In this document: positions 37,900 to 49,710 of the stretch, one piece after another
Layout: each line of letters starts with the position of its first letter
Position numbering within the stretch: position 1 is the first letter of the stretch
Source: Felis catus
Lineage: Eukaryota
Assembly: GCF_018350175.1 (NCBI RefSeq)
Contig: NC_058368.1
Location: forward strand, 132,000,001 to 132,064,000
Direction of reading: 5' to 3'
DNA: 64,000 bases
Position numbers and translations under genes: made by a program
Notes under the pieces: model-generated
What the model was told of the DNA's origin: nothing
The model's input: only the letters and a program-made list of their open reading frames with translations
Database searches by the model: none

Positions 37900-38975
37900 A
37901 GCCCGGGCTGGGGGAGCTGGGGCACTGCGCTGCAGGAGACCAATGGGGGGCTCCCTCAAGACTGACAGCAGAGCCAAGTTAGCGTGAGCTTCTGCTGTTA
38001 GGAGGCAACGCTCTGAAGGCAAGAGGAGGCGTCCCGCACTCCCCCGGCTCCTCCGCACTCTTTGCAGCGTTTCCTTCTGAGCAGAGCCCAGTAGGTTCCC
38101 ACTTGGAACGCTTCGAGTCTTTCTCCTGCTTGCCTGGCCTCGCCCAGGATTCTTTTCGGAAGATTTCGGGGCCTGGCGGGGGCTCGAACCCCAGGAACTG
38201 TGAAATCATGACCTGAGCCAAAACCAAGAGCGGGTGGCTTAATCAACTGATCCACCCAGGCGCCCCTTATAAAGCCATTCGTAAGAGCAATACAGTTCAC
38301 TGCCAGGTGCCTCCACTGACATCTCAGGTCTCCACGGTCCTTTGAATCACTCTTTTCTCCTCTAGAGCAGACAACCTTTAATACTAATTTTCTCTCAGAC
38401 TGTGTGAGAGCTCTCTCCAAGGAAAACAGTTCTTGGCCAATGTCTTCCCACCACGGTGACAGTCAACCTTAAGAGCAGTGCCCGTGGGTTGGCGACCACG
38501 AAGCAGTAAACAGAGTTGACGCTCACAAGAAGCGGCCCGGGGCGGGCGCGAGCCTGGGGACGCCGAGCAGGTGGCGGGCCGGCGGCTGGAGGGGGCCGGC
38601 CTGCGGGGTGCGCATGCGCCACCTGCGCAGCCAGCGCCGCAGAGCGTTCCAGGCGGCGGCGAGAAGTGGAGGCCCAGATTTTGGCCCCGCGGCGGCGCCT
38701 GAGGTCGTGTTCCCGCCTGGGGCACTGTTTTCTGTCACCTCGACTCGAGTTCTTTCCAGGGATTAGCCCTGACTGCGTGATTAATCAGCACTTTCTGGAT
38801 TTCTCTGAGCGACGTCAGCTGTGCTCAGATAAATTAGGCTCCTCTCTGAAGGCTTCTGCCCCAGCAGAGTCCTGTGTCCCGGAGGCTGGCTCAGGGACCT
38901 CGCCCGGCCCAGGCAGCCCCCGCCAAATCCGCCCGGTTGGCCCCTGGAGCACTGGGTGCCCGGCCACAGCGCCTC
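37900..38975. promoter_or_regulatory. CpG-island-like promoter/enhancer with no recognisable adjacent coding gene
   Basis: Local GC and CpG density rises sharply (core ~38530-38720). Motifs: CCAAT 38437-38441, GTAAACA 38506-38512, GC box GGGGCGGG 38539-38546, CTCF-like CGAGCAGGTGGCGG 38564-38577, NRF1-like TGCGCATGCGC 38609-38619. Confidence 0.7.
38176..38266 (-). mobile_element. 3'-truncated Can-SINE head inside the CpG-rich region
   Basis: ggggctcgaacccc...atcatgacctgagccaaaaccaagag...ccacccaggcgcccc, with no CT tract or tail. Confidence 0.85.
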
Positions 38976-40512
38976 TGTCTACTGCTTTTGCTCAGTGGTT
39001 AAATGCAAGAACTCAAGATTTTCATAATTATAAAAGGAGGACATGCTCGAGTAAAAGGTGGAAAATTACAAACAGAGAAGGAATCACCCAAAGTGTCACC
39101 CTCAGGGCTCACTCAGTCTGTTGATTCTGAAGCATTTGTGTCCATTCTTTTTTTCTCCTTTTCCTTCTCTTCCTCCTCCTCCTCCTCCTTCTTTTTTTCT
39201 TTGCAAAACATTTTTAGGTTTTAAACATTGCTCAGCTGCAGTCATATTATAAATATATTTTGTATCCTACCTTTTTTACTTAATATTGTAGCAGAAACAT
39301 GTTATGCACTTTTAGCAAACATTAAAGCTCCTAGAGTCCCCTTAGTGGATGTGCCATCAGTTATTTAAACGCAATTTCAATTTATGGGCATCTAGTATGT
39401 CTCTTAACTTCCACTGGTATATAGGTAGTGAGCAGACCATCCCTACACCTTTGCCCATGTTTAGGGGTTGTTGGTTGGTGGAGCATACAAGCATACAATC
39501 CCCGCCTAAATTTCACCCAGTGTATGTTCAGGAGTGACGGAACCTTGGAAACTTCTGCTCTTTTCCATATTGTTGATGGTAGAGAGCAAGGATAGAGGAC
39601 TGATTGTACAGAGCAGTGGGCTGAGATTTTGTGCCTCTAAAGTGGGAGGTCACAGTCTTTGCAATGGAGGTGGAGGTTAGTAGCAAAAGAGAATGCACCT
39701 CTCATTCAGGTAAGGAAGAGAGTCCACAGAAAAACAGTAAGCTGGCACCTAAAAGAAAAACTCTCCAGGAAGATAAGTGGATGATTTTTATAACACTGAT
39801 GTTGAACATGCAGTTTTACTGCTGTTAGTCACAAGCTTCAATGTGTTATTTGGGAAAACTCTTCTTGTCTCTTTCTCTTATTAAAAACAAAAAATCAGAA
39901 ATGCAGAAAAAGAACTGGGCTAAGCGAAGGAAGAGTAACGCCACTTAGTGCGTTTTCTGCCTTGCTGTGAATTGCCTCTCTAGAAAGAGAGATTGGTCTA
40001 TTTTTGTAAGATTGTAGGTATCTAAGATAAACAAAGCCCAGGAGCCATCCAGTACTTCTCTGTGAGCTCCTACATGCACCTACTTCTACTAACCTCCGGC
40101 AAGTCCCTTCGACTGACCGTTGTGGTAGTAGAAGGAAATGGTGAAGAAAGGCTGATGGTTTGAGAACACATTCAGGCTTCTGAGAGCTTTTTTCCAGAAG
40201 ATCTAACACATACTGTTGTTTGTTAGTCTGCTCATTAAAGGACATGCGATGCTAGTAGTTACGTGAATGCCACAGCACTATGGGTCCCTGCTGTGCTTGG
40301 AGTTGTGACTGTCTGTAACCCAAGGGATAAGCAGGAACAGCCAGCTCTTGGCATCTCCCTCTTTGCTTGGTCTGGAGAGGCTTTCCCTTTATGAGAGAAA
40401 ATGTGGCATGCACTATCTCTAGTCGAGCCAGTTTTCTCAAAGCTATCTCTGTGTGGAAAGCTAGACTGACCAACTGGCAACATTCTCTGTCTTGTTTTAA
40501 ACACACACCATA

Positions 40513-40945
40513 GGGGTGCCTGGGTGGCTTACTTGGTTAATCGGCTGAGTTTGGCCCAGGTCATGATCTCACAGTTAGTGAGTTCGAGCCCTGTGTTGTG
40601 CTCTGTGGTGACAGCCTGGAGCCTGCTTCAGATTCTGTGTCTCTCTCTTTCTACCCCTACCCTGTTCATACTCAGTCTCTATCAAAAAATAAATAAACAT
40701 TAAAAAAATTGGGGGGGGGGTTGCCTGGGTGGCTCAGTCGGTTGAGCATCTGACTTCGGCTCAGGTCATGATCTCACGGTTCGTGAGTTCGAGCCCCGCG
40801 TCAGGCTCTGTGCTGACAGCATAGAGCCTGGAGCCTTCAAATTCTGTGTTTCCCTCTCTCTCTGTTTCTCCCCCGCTCATGCTCTGTCCTTCAAAAATAA
40901 GTTAAAAAAAAAAAAGAAAAAGAAAAAAATTTTTAAATAAATAAA
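40513..40945 (+). mobile_element. Two tandem Can-SINEs
   Basis: Heads at ~40513 and ~40717; flanked by acacacca on both sides. Confidence 0.92.
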
Positions 40946-42604
40946 TACACACCACAAAGCAGGCAACTTGTGTAACTGGTATATATTGTGCAAACTAGCT
41001 GTCAATTCCTGATCCATCTGAGAACGCTAGCAGTGAAGTAACCTCAGAAGGACAGAGACAGGCCACGGCGGATTCTTTTCCCCTCTGAACCCAGAAGAGA
41101 CGCCTGCCCTTCTCCCTGTCTCGTTTCCAGAGCAGCTTTCTCTACTGACAGTGCAGCCATCCTCCTCCTTCTAACCAACCTGCCTTGCCTGTGTGGTCTC
41201 CACCTAGAGGACAGGTCACCCTGGTGTCTCTGCAGGGTGATATTTGCTCTAAGAGTGGAGGAAAGCCAGCCTTCTGAGCGTGACGCTCCAGATATGGCTG
41301 CCAACAAAAACCCACCAGCTCCCAGATCTCCAAATCTGCTCCTTTTTTGGTACCCAGGGATTCTCACAGCTCCCATTTCTGGAGGATGGTTTCCTTTTTG
41401 CTATCCAGTTGTCGTAAGATGGGGAAAAGCCAGCTCCATTCTCATCATGTCCACTGAGGTCAGTCCCGCCCAGCCTGGGCTCTCAGCATCTCTTTCTCCA
41501 AGTCACAACATTCTCCAGGCACTTGCTAACCCTGCTGTGTTCTGCCTGTTAAAAGGTCACCTGCTTTTTGAATTCTTTCCACTCTCCTCCCGGTTATTTG
41601 TGATAGCCTCTTAGAAGCTTAAAAATAACATTTATTTCCCCAGTGGTTTTGTATATTTCCATTTGGCAAACTTTATTTTGTTCCATGTGTTTCTAAGGGA
41701 ACAGAAACCAAAATGGTTTATATCCTACTTCCTACAGTGGCCCGACTGATGTTTTCAGACTGGAATTGTCCTTCAGCTCAAAGTGGGTACACCCAACTAT
41801 AAGCTGGGCCTTGATGAAGAAATTATATAAACTACAAGGACAATGGACATTGTTTGGAGGTTGGAAAATCTACTTCATCGTACTTCCTTTAATCAGCAGT
41901 GAATTTTTTAATAGATAGATTCAAGCTACGTTGCATGGATATGATAACAATATAAAAGAAAGTTACATTATAATCATAAACCATGACACTGAATCCCATT
42001 GTTAAAATAAAAATGAGGGCATTATAAGAAGTGAAAATGGAAGACTGGAAGGGGTGCACTGGGGGGCTTCCAAGGAAAGGAAATATGCAGAAAGTGTTCT
42101 ATTTGAAGATCTCAGTGATAGTTACATGAATGTGTCCACTTTGTGAAAATTCATTGAGCTCCATATTTATGATCACATTTTTTGTGATCATGTATGTTCT
42201 ACTTGAATACAAAGTTGATTTACAATAAACAAACTGAGGGTTTTGTTGAAGCAGGCAGTTAAGGCAATGGAGGCAATTATTCATTCAACAAATATTGTTT
42301 TAGTACCTAGTCAGTGCACGATGGTAAGCACAGACTTTGTACAGATTACAGGAATGAAAAGGTTAGTGGCCACAGAGTCTGGCCTCAAGGAGTTTACAGT
42401 TGAGTCGACTACAAAATAAATTAAAAGGGCTCAATGCATGTACCAATGCTGGATTATTCATTGTGGCAAATGTAGTATAGTAATATGAGCATTAGGAGAC
42501 ATGAGCTAAGGGGTATATAGGAATCCTCTATATAATCTTCACAACTATTCTGTAATTCTGATCCTATTCTAAATTTAAAGTTTTATTTAAAAAATTTTCA
42601 ATGT

Positions 42605-42845
42605 CGGGACCTGGGTGGCTCAGTCGGTTGTACGTCTGACTTTGGCTCAGGTCATGATCCTATGGTTCGTGGGTTCCAGCCCTGCGTCAGGCTCTGTGCT
42701 GACAGCTCAGAGCCTGGAGCCTGCTTTGGATTCTGTGTCCCCCTCTCGCTTTCTGCCCCTCCCCCACTTGTGCTTGTGCACTCTCTCTCTCCCTCCCTCT
42801 CAAAAAAAAAAAAAAAAAAAAAAACCTTAAAATTTTTTTTTCAAT
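42605..42845 (+). mobile_element. Can-SINE in the tail of an old L1 3' end
   Basis: Full body with a long A tail; TSD ttttcaatgtc. Confidence 0.92.
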
Positions 42846-43019
42846 GTCATTAGAATGACTCTAAGGTAGAGATTATTTTTGGACTAAGGGAATCAGAGAT
42901 AACTTTGTAAAAGAAAAAATGTGTGAGCCAGGTCTTAAAGGAAGAACAGAATCATAACCAAGAGAGCTGGGGAAGTTTTCCAGACAGAAAAAAAAAAATG
43001 ATACAAGAAACTGTGGAGT

Positions 43020-43798
43020 CAATAGCTATGGTATGGAAACAACCTAAGTGCTCTACAATGGATGAATTGATAAAGCAGATGTGATATATATATGATATAT
43101 GTGATACATATGTGATATATATATATATATATTAAAATATTCAGCCACAAGAAAGAAGAACATTCTGCTGTTTTTGACAATGTGGATCGACTTTGAAGGC
43201 ATTATGCTAAGTGAAATAAGTCAGAGGACGACAAACACTGTCTGATCTCACTTATATATGGATTCTAAAAAAGTTGAACTCGGGGTGCCTGGCTGGCTCA
43301 GTGGGTAGAGCATCTGACTTTTGATCTGAGGGTCATGAGTTCAAACATCACGATGGGCATAGAGCTTACTTAGAAAAAACAAAAAAATAAAAAGCTAAAA
43401 AAATTAAAAAGCTGAACTCATAGAAACAGAGAGTAGAATGTTGGTTACCAGGGGTTGGGGGTGGGAGGTAGGAAATAGGGGGATGTTGGTCAAAAAGCAC
43501 AAAATGCCAGTTTTATATTCATTAGAAAATGAATATGTTCTAGGGATCTACTAGATGGCATGGTGATTATAGTTAATAATACTGTATTATATACCGAGAA
43601 GTTCCTAGGAGAATAAATCTTAAATGTCTCACCATACACACACACACACACAAAGTAGTTATGTGACCTGAGGGAGGTTGTACCCAATCCTATGGTGGTA
43701 ATCATTTTGCAGTGTGTAAATGTATCAAATCCATACACGATAATACGCTGTAAATTTACACAGTGTTATATGTCAATTATATGTCGGTAGGACTGGAA
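43020..43798 (+). mobile_element. 5'-truncated L1 3' end with a nested short Can-SINE (43282-43405)
   Basis: L1 3' motifs (gaaggcattatgctaagtgaaataagtcag; agaaacagagagtagaatg.tggttaccaggg). Perfect TSD AAGAAACTGTGGAGT at 43005-43019 and 43799-43813. The nested SINE has its own near-TSD aaaaag(t/c)tgaactc. Confidence 0.88.
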
Positions 43799-46429
43799 AA
43801 GAAACTGTGGAGTATCTCTCAGGACCAGTCATGGTTCTGTACAGATGGTGAGCTGGGAGCAGGAAAGAAGTGAAGCTGCACCAGAAAAGCAGAGGGCCTT
43901 AAAAGCAGATCAGAAGGAGCCTTACGTTTTTAAAACTTAACTAATGCACAAATAGCTCCGAATTGCTATTGACAGCCATTATAGTACAATGAAAGATAAA
44001 TACATTAGTCTGAAAACCAAGGGAAATGAATATATTTAAATCACCTCCCTAATGTGTGTACCTCTGCCACAAGTTAAAGGAATTCTATTGTAACATTTAC
44101 TGAGCACTCACTATGTACCAGGTACTGTGATAAACCCCTTTCTTTCTACTGTCTTATTTACTCATCCTCAGATCCTTATGAAGCATCTGTTATTATTTCA
44201 TTTTACAGATAGAAAATTGAGAACTTGTTTGTTTCCAGCAAATACAAAAGAGTCGTAAATATAAAAAATAGATACAGCCACCTGAGGTCTTGTGTGTTTC
44301 CAACAAATGCAAAAGTCATAAATGTCAAAAATAGATATAGTACTTAGTGCCAGAATGTGCTTCAGTGGTTAAAATAGAACTCTGAGTTGAAAATATGTTT
44401 ACATTCACATTTTATTTAAATTTATCTTTTAACTGAAAAGAGAGTCATCTGGGACTAATTTAAGTTCTTCAAGACCTAATGGTCTTGATAAGTCCATTTA
44501 TCAAGCGTGTTTTATGGAATAATTCAGACAAGCATGTTTGGCAAGAGGTAATTATCACAAGCAGTACCAAAAACTGATAAAGTCTGGCCTACATAGCTAG
44601 ACTAGACGTAGCGCAGGACAGTTGTTTTCCAGTTCGGTTGTAAACTCTTGTTCTGGAGAATCAGAGACAACACAGTTATGCTACATAAACTATAAGATGG
44701 ACATCCCAGCTCTGAGCTGTGAATGTTTCCAAATACTTCCAAAGAAAATGAAAAGGATTTAACCTTTCTATCGTGGGGTTTCTAGAAGCATTGTGAGCGA
44801 ATACAAAGCCAAGTTACTATGTATTTGAGAGTCACATGGCTCAATAGTTACTAATGTCATTTTTTCCCCTACTTATAAGACACAGTGAAAAACAAAATAG
44901 GTTTTAGTTTGGCTCTTCATAAATCTCAAATCATGCAGAAATAAAAAGTTCATCAAAGATCCATAGTTTCCATTGAGAATTGCCTTCTTTCGGTTTTTTT
45001 TAGAAGACTTGTCCTCCGCACAATAAACCACAAAATAAATTTTCCCGTTTTTATGTGTGTTGAAAGAGAATTAAATTCTTGAATGGAAATTGTGTTTTCT
45101 TTTAATTCCTGACAAACTGTGTCCTACACCTGATAGCCGCAAGGTAGGAAGGCAGCTGAGTTATTCAAAGAAGCATTCTGTTCCTGATGTTGCCATTCAG
45201 TATCACAGGGTGTGATGAAAACTGGAACAAATATGGAAATCACAGAGGTGCCAGAACATTACATTTAAAAAATGGAATTATTTGAGTCAATCTGGAATGT
45301 CTGGTTCTTTTGGTTTAGGCCTCATGGGTAGCATTGTGCTTCAAAAACAACTTGAATTGGCTACCAGGATTCCAGAAGGGTAACATAATCTTGTACCTTT
45401 GTGGAGAGATGCTTATCTTTGTCTACTGTTAACAGAAAGAGGCTGGAATCTTCCACCTTTTCATGTTTCAAAATGAAAATTGTTCAAATAAGTTCCAAAC
45501 CTGAATGGAATTTGGAAACAAGAATGGGGAGAGGTAATTTCTCAGTTCTTTTTGGTTTTGCTAGTCTTTATGTGAAATAAATGCCCCAACATGACTCAAA
45601 TTCTCTATAGCTAGAGAAATATGGGGTTTGGGGGAGGCTCATCCTGACCACTTCCCCTTCTGTGATTTGGCACTTACAAGTTCTCAGAGTTAGTAATCCT
45701 GAATACAAGGCTCAGACCCGCAAGGAGACAGAGACACTTAAATGAGACCCAGGAGTGGCAACGTGCCAACTCTCCTTCTAGAAAATGCAGCCTGGAACCC
45801 AGGGCCCCCTGCCCCCTGCCATGGATGCTTCTACCCCTGCAAAGGCCTCCACTGAGGGCTGTGACCACAGGGAAGGTCTCACTTCTCCCCTGTCACCAAC
45901 ACACAAAGTTGAAGGGGTGTTGTCCAACCACAGTAAAGGGTTGGGGAAAACCAGAGGGAATTACAACACATGAAGGAAGGAATTTTAAGCTGTGTCATCC
46001 AACTGAGGGAAAAAAATCCCCACCAAGTTAAGGGGATACACCCAAACTCCTAACCTTGTTGACTTCTTGTCGCATAGTGACAATGAATCCCCAGGCACCT
46101 TGGGGTCTCTGGAGCTTCTTCCCGTGGGGTGGTCTAACTCCATCATTCCTCCTCTTCTTGGTGCAGTAGATAGCTCCCTGCCTGGTCTATCCACTTAGAA
46201 GACTAATGGCTCCAGCAGGACAGTCCATGTAGGAATCCTTGTAGGAATCTACGATCCAGTTCCTTTAAAAGCATCACTTTCAGTCTGGTTTGCAAACATA
46301 CCTCTGAATTCTACTTGGAATATGCACGAGCACTCACACACATGCTTCTCAACCTTTAATGTGCATATAAACAACGTGGGGTGGGGACTGATGCTGCATT
46401 TCTATTGTTTTAAACTTATTTATTTAAAA

Positions 46430-46851
46430 AAATTTTTTAATGTTTATTTATTTTGAGAGAGAGAGAGAGAGACAGGGTGCTAGTGGGGGAGGGGCAGAGA
46501 AAAGAGGGAGACACAGAATATTCCAGGCTCTGAACTGTCAGCACAGAGCCTGACTCCAGGCTCTAACTGACCAACTGCAAGATCATGACCTGAGGTGAAG
46601 TCTGATGCTTAACTGACTAAGCCACCCAGGTGCCCATAATTTATTTATTTATTTTTTAATGTTTATTTTTGAGAGAGAAAGAGTATGTGTGCACGGGAGC
46701 GAGTGAGGGGCAGAGAGACAGGGAAAGAGAGTATTTGAAGGGGGCTTTGCGCTGACAGCACAGAGACTGATGCAGGGCTCAAACTCACAAACCCCTGAGA
46801 TCATGATCAGAGCCAAAGTCGGATGCTTAACTGACGGAGCCACCTAGACCC
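46430..46851 (-). mobile_element. Two tandem Can-SINEs nested in a MER5-like element (~46340-46925)
   Basis: Two reverse bodies; ctgcatttct is duplicated at ~46395 and ~46856; MER5-like gcttctcaacctttaatgtgcata and acaagctcctaggtgatgc flanks. Confidence 0.85.
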
Positions 46852-47237
46852 TTCACTGCATTTCTTACAAGCTCCTAGGTGATGCAGCTGGTGTGGTCAG
46901 TGGCCTACATTCTGAATGATGAGGATCTAATTAGCATACAATCCATAGTCAACTGTCTTCAATTGTCCCAAAATATCTTTGACAGTTTTTTTTTTTTTAA
47001 TTCAGGATCCAATCTGGAATTACCCATGACATTTGGCTGTTACATCCTTTTAGGAAGAGCTTTTATTTGGCTGCTCACATGGTTATGCAAAGACCCAGTG
47101 AAAGTGTTAGCGTTTCCCCTTGTGAGACCTTCTGTTAAATACCTGGCCGAGGACCACACTCCTCACAGTCTCCGTGAGGGAGGGGCAGAACAGAGACAGA
47201 TGGTTGGTTCAGTTACATCTGAAAGGAACCACCTGGA

Positions 47238-48521
47238 CCGGCGGTGTCATGGCGACCCCGGAACCGCACCCTCCAACCACTCCCCCCCCCCCCCCCCCCC
47301 CCCCCCCCCTGCCAAGAGTAGGAAGGCGATGATGAGTCTTAGGAAGGGTTAGATTTAACTGAGTATGCAATAAGACACCATTGGTGGAATCGAGTATCTG
47401 GCCATAGTTCTGGACCTGTGGTAGAAAAATACTCAGTAGCCACCCAGACTGTAATGGGTGGTGTGACTGGCTGGCATGCAGGGGGTTTTGCCCCGGAGAG
47501 CTGGAGAGCTTACAGCAACTGCAGTAGGAGGTGGCTTTGCTCTTCTGCAGATTGCCCGTCACAGTGGCTGTGTGCAGACTGACTGGAAGAGAGCGAAAAA
47601 GATGTAAACCGAGTGAAAGATTGAGAAATGAGCAAATACAGCAGTACCTAAAATCAATAGTATAATTGAAGAAGCAACAGAATTTATCAAACAGAACATG
47701 TTGATATCCAGTGGATTTGTGGGAGGCTTTCTGCTAGGCCTTGCATCTTAAGGATAAGCGTATTCTGCACAGTGCGCTCACCTGTAAGAAGGGAAATGGT
47801 GGCAACAAGGTGGCTTGTCAACATTACTAATGGCCAGATTCTCCAGGGCAGCAAGAAGCAGCTAGGGGGACAATACCAAACTCACATCTTAGTGTTTCGC
47901 CATTGAAGTTTGGCAAACTAGTGTCTGCTGTAAAAACAACCTCCGGGGGTGCCTGGGTGGCTCAGGTCATGATCTCGCAGTCCGTGAGTTCGAGCCCCAC
48001 ATCGGGCTCTGTGCTGACAGCTCACAGCCTGGAGCCTGTTTCAGATTCTGTGTCTCCCTCTCTCTCTGACCCTCCCCTGTTCATGCTCTCTCTCTGTCTC
48101 AAAAATAAATAAAAGTAAAAGAAAAAATTTTTTAATAAAAAATAAAAAAAACCAACCTCCATGGTATGTGTACAATAGTATTCCTGAGCAAAACATGGCT
48201 TTCATTAATTTTTTAAAATTTGCATTTGTTTTTAAATTAGCCTATAAAATACCACCATTGGATGTAGATATATGGAGGAAAAAAATGTGTTGGCTATATT
48301 CTCCAGTGAAATATTGACCTTGCTTTAAAACAAGGACAATATTTGGCTTTATGGTATACTGCCAATAACTAAAATTTTGTAACTAGAGCTTCAACATTAA
48401 CGTTGCTTTTTTTTTTTAAAGACATGTTTGCAATAAGCTGAAGAACTGTACTGCCCTTTGTGCAAAGATTTAGAAGTAAGAGAATTATTAAAGATATTAA
48501 ACAGATTTAATACCAAAAAAA
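47238..48521 (+). pseudogene. FUNDC1: Processed pseudogene (retrocopy) of the mitophagy receptor FUNDC1
   Basis: Intronless, from ATG 47249 to TAA 47749-47751. It translates in pieces as [52 protein letters not shown]...[28 protein letters not shown], which I recognise as FUNDC1. It has premature TAGs at 47319 and 47340, frameshifts, a UTR-like tail ending in A7 (48515-48521) and a perfect 17-bp TSD GAAAGGAACCACCTGGA at 47221-47237 and 48522-48538. Confidence 0.95.
47945..48147 (+). mobile_element. Can-SINE inserted in the FUNDC1 retrocopy 3' UTR, with an internal deletion in its head
   Basis: TSD aaaa(a/c)caacctcc at 47932-47944 and ~48148-48160. The head reads ggtggctcaggtcatg, lacking the usual segment between two GCTCAG words. 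Confidence 0.92.
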
Positions 48522-48562
48522 GAAAGGAACCACCTGGAGCTGACACCGTAATGGTTAGGTTC

Positions 48563-48563
<1 letters not shown>

Positions 48564-48607
<44 letters not shown>
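48564..48607. repeat. (TG)n microsatellite
   Basis: Directly visible, about 22 units. Confidence 0.97.
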
Positions 48608-48611
<4 letters not shown>

Positions 48612-49474
48612 AATGCAAACCACATAGCTGTATTTTCTGAAGCAAGTGCAGGGATATGGCGCCTACTTGCAAATACCACAACACTTAAACACAGCTGCAA
48701 ACGAGTTTTACCGTGTTTGTTCTCAGACTTAAAGATCTTATCCGTTCTCTCTCCAGAGAACATAGAGTCCGGCACTGTATGTAAGCATGGTGACAACTGA
48801 TCGGTGTACAAATTTCATTTCCTCTTCTCCAGAGCTTAGATTTTAGATACATTTAGTTCCTTCTAGAATAACTTTCCCCAGGGCTCCAGCAGGATGGGCC
48901 ACAGGGACCTGCAATTATCTAAATCCCACTACAGTGTCCAGTGCAGGTTCTGCAATCCTCTCCCTCACTCGGTGTGCCCATCACTACTCACCTCTGCAAA
49001 CTTGTCATGAATGTGAATACTGCCTACCAGCCATGATGAAAGATTACACCTTATGGTCAGCTGGCTAGCAGACTCTCACCTAAAGAATCAGGAGTCTGGA
49101 TAGGATGACAGAGGCAGGGAACCCAGGTAAGCAGAAAGCACAGCAGATCCTCTGGCATCTGGGATAAGGGTAGGCAACTCAACAAAAATGATGGCATCTC
49201 AAGGAAACCAAGAATTTCCTTGTTTTCACCAGCCTCACACTTTGTCACATGGTCAATCAACACACCATGCTCCCAGGCAGCACAGGAGTTACTTCATAGA
49301 ATGGAAAAGAATCCAAAATTAGAAGGTTTTAGATCCAGATACTACCCCCTCCCAATAAGGTGTTCCTCCTACACCATTCTTACAGGAGTATTTTAGCCTC
49401 TGCTTGAGTATTTCTTATGTGGGATCCACAATATGCTATGTTCCTGTAGAACACATAATATGTACTAACAGTCA

Positions 49475-49710
49475 GTGATTATTGAGTTCATTCTATATGG
49501 GAACCATCCTAAGGGCTTTACTCACGCTCAGTCATTTAATCTCTACAGTAGCCCTAAAATGGTAGTTCTATTACCTTCATTTCACATATGGGGATACTGA
49601 GGTGCTGAGAGATTTAATAACTAGACCAGAATTACATATCTCTAAATTGGACCCAAGGAGTAGGAGTCCAAGGCCAGTGATCTTAACCACTTCTCTAAAC
49701 TGCCTCCCAA
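49475..49710 (-). mobile_element. MIR
   Basis: tcatttaatctctacagtagccct...tttcacatatggggatactgaggtgctgagaga...tcttaaccact. Confidence 0.78.

Noticed and set aside
37979..39124. GC-rich ORFs of up to 202 aa over the CpG island
   Set aside because: Low-complexity R/P/G/A peptides overlapping in several frames, several with non-ATG starts, and running into SINE and L1 remnants. This is expected from stop-codon scarcity in GC-rich DNA.
41197..41214. CTCF-like word CACCTAGAGGACAG
   Set aside because: Only 11/14 by hand with a mismatch in the core GGC, so too weak alone.
46879..47562. 157-aa (+) and 117-aa (-) ORFs overlapping the retrocopy start
   Set aside because: They are out of frame with or antisense to FUNDC1, start in repeat-derived sequence, and take their poly-Pro/Gly from the C run.
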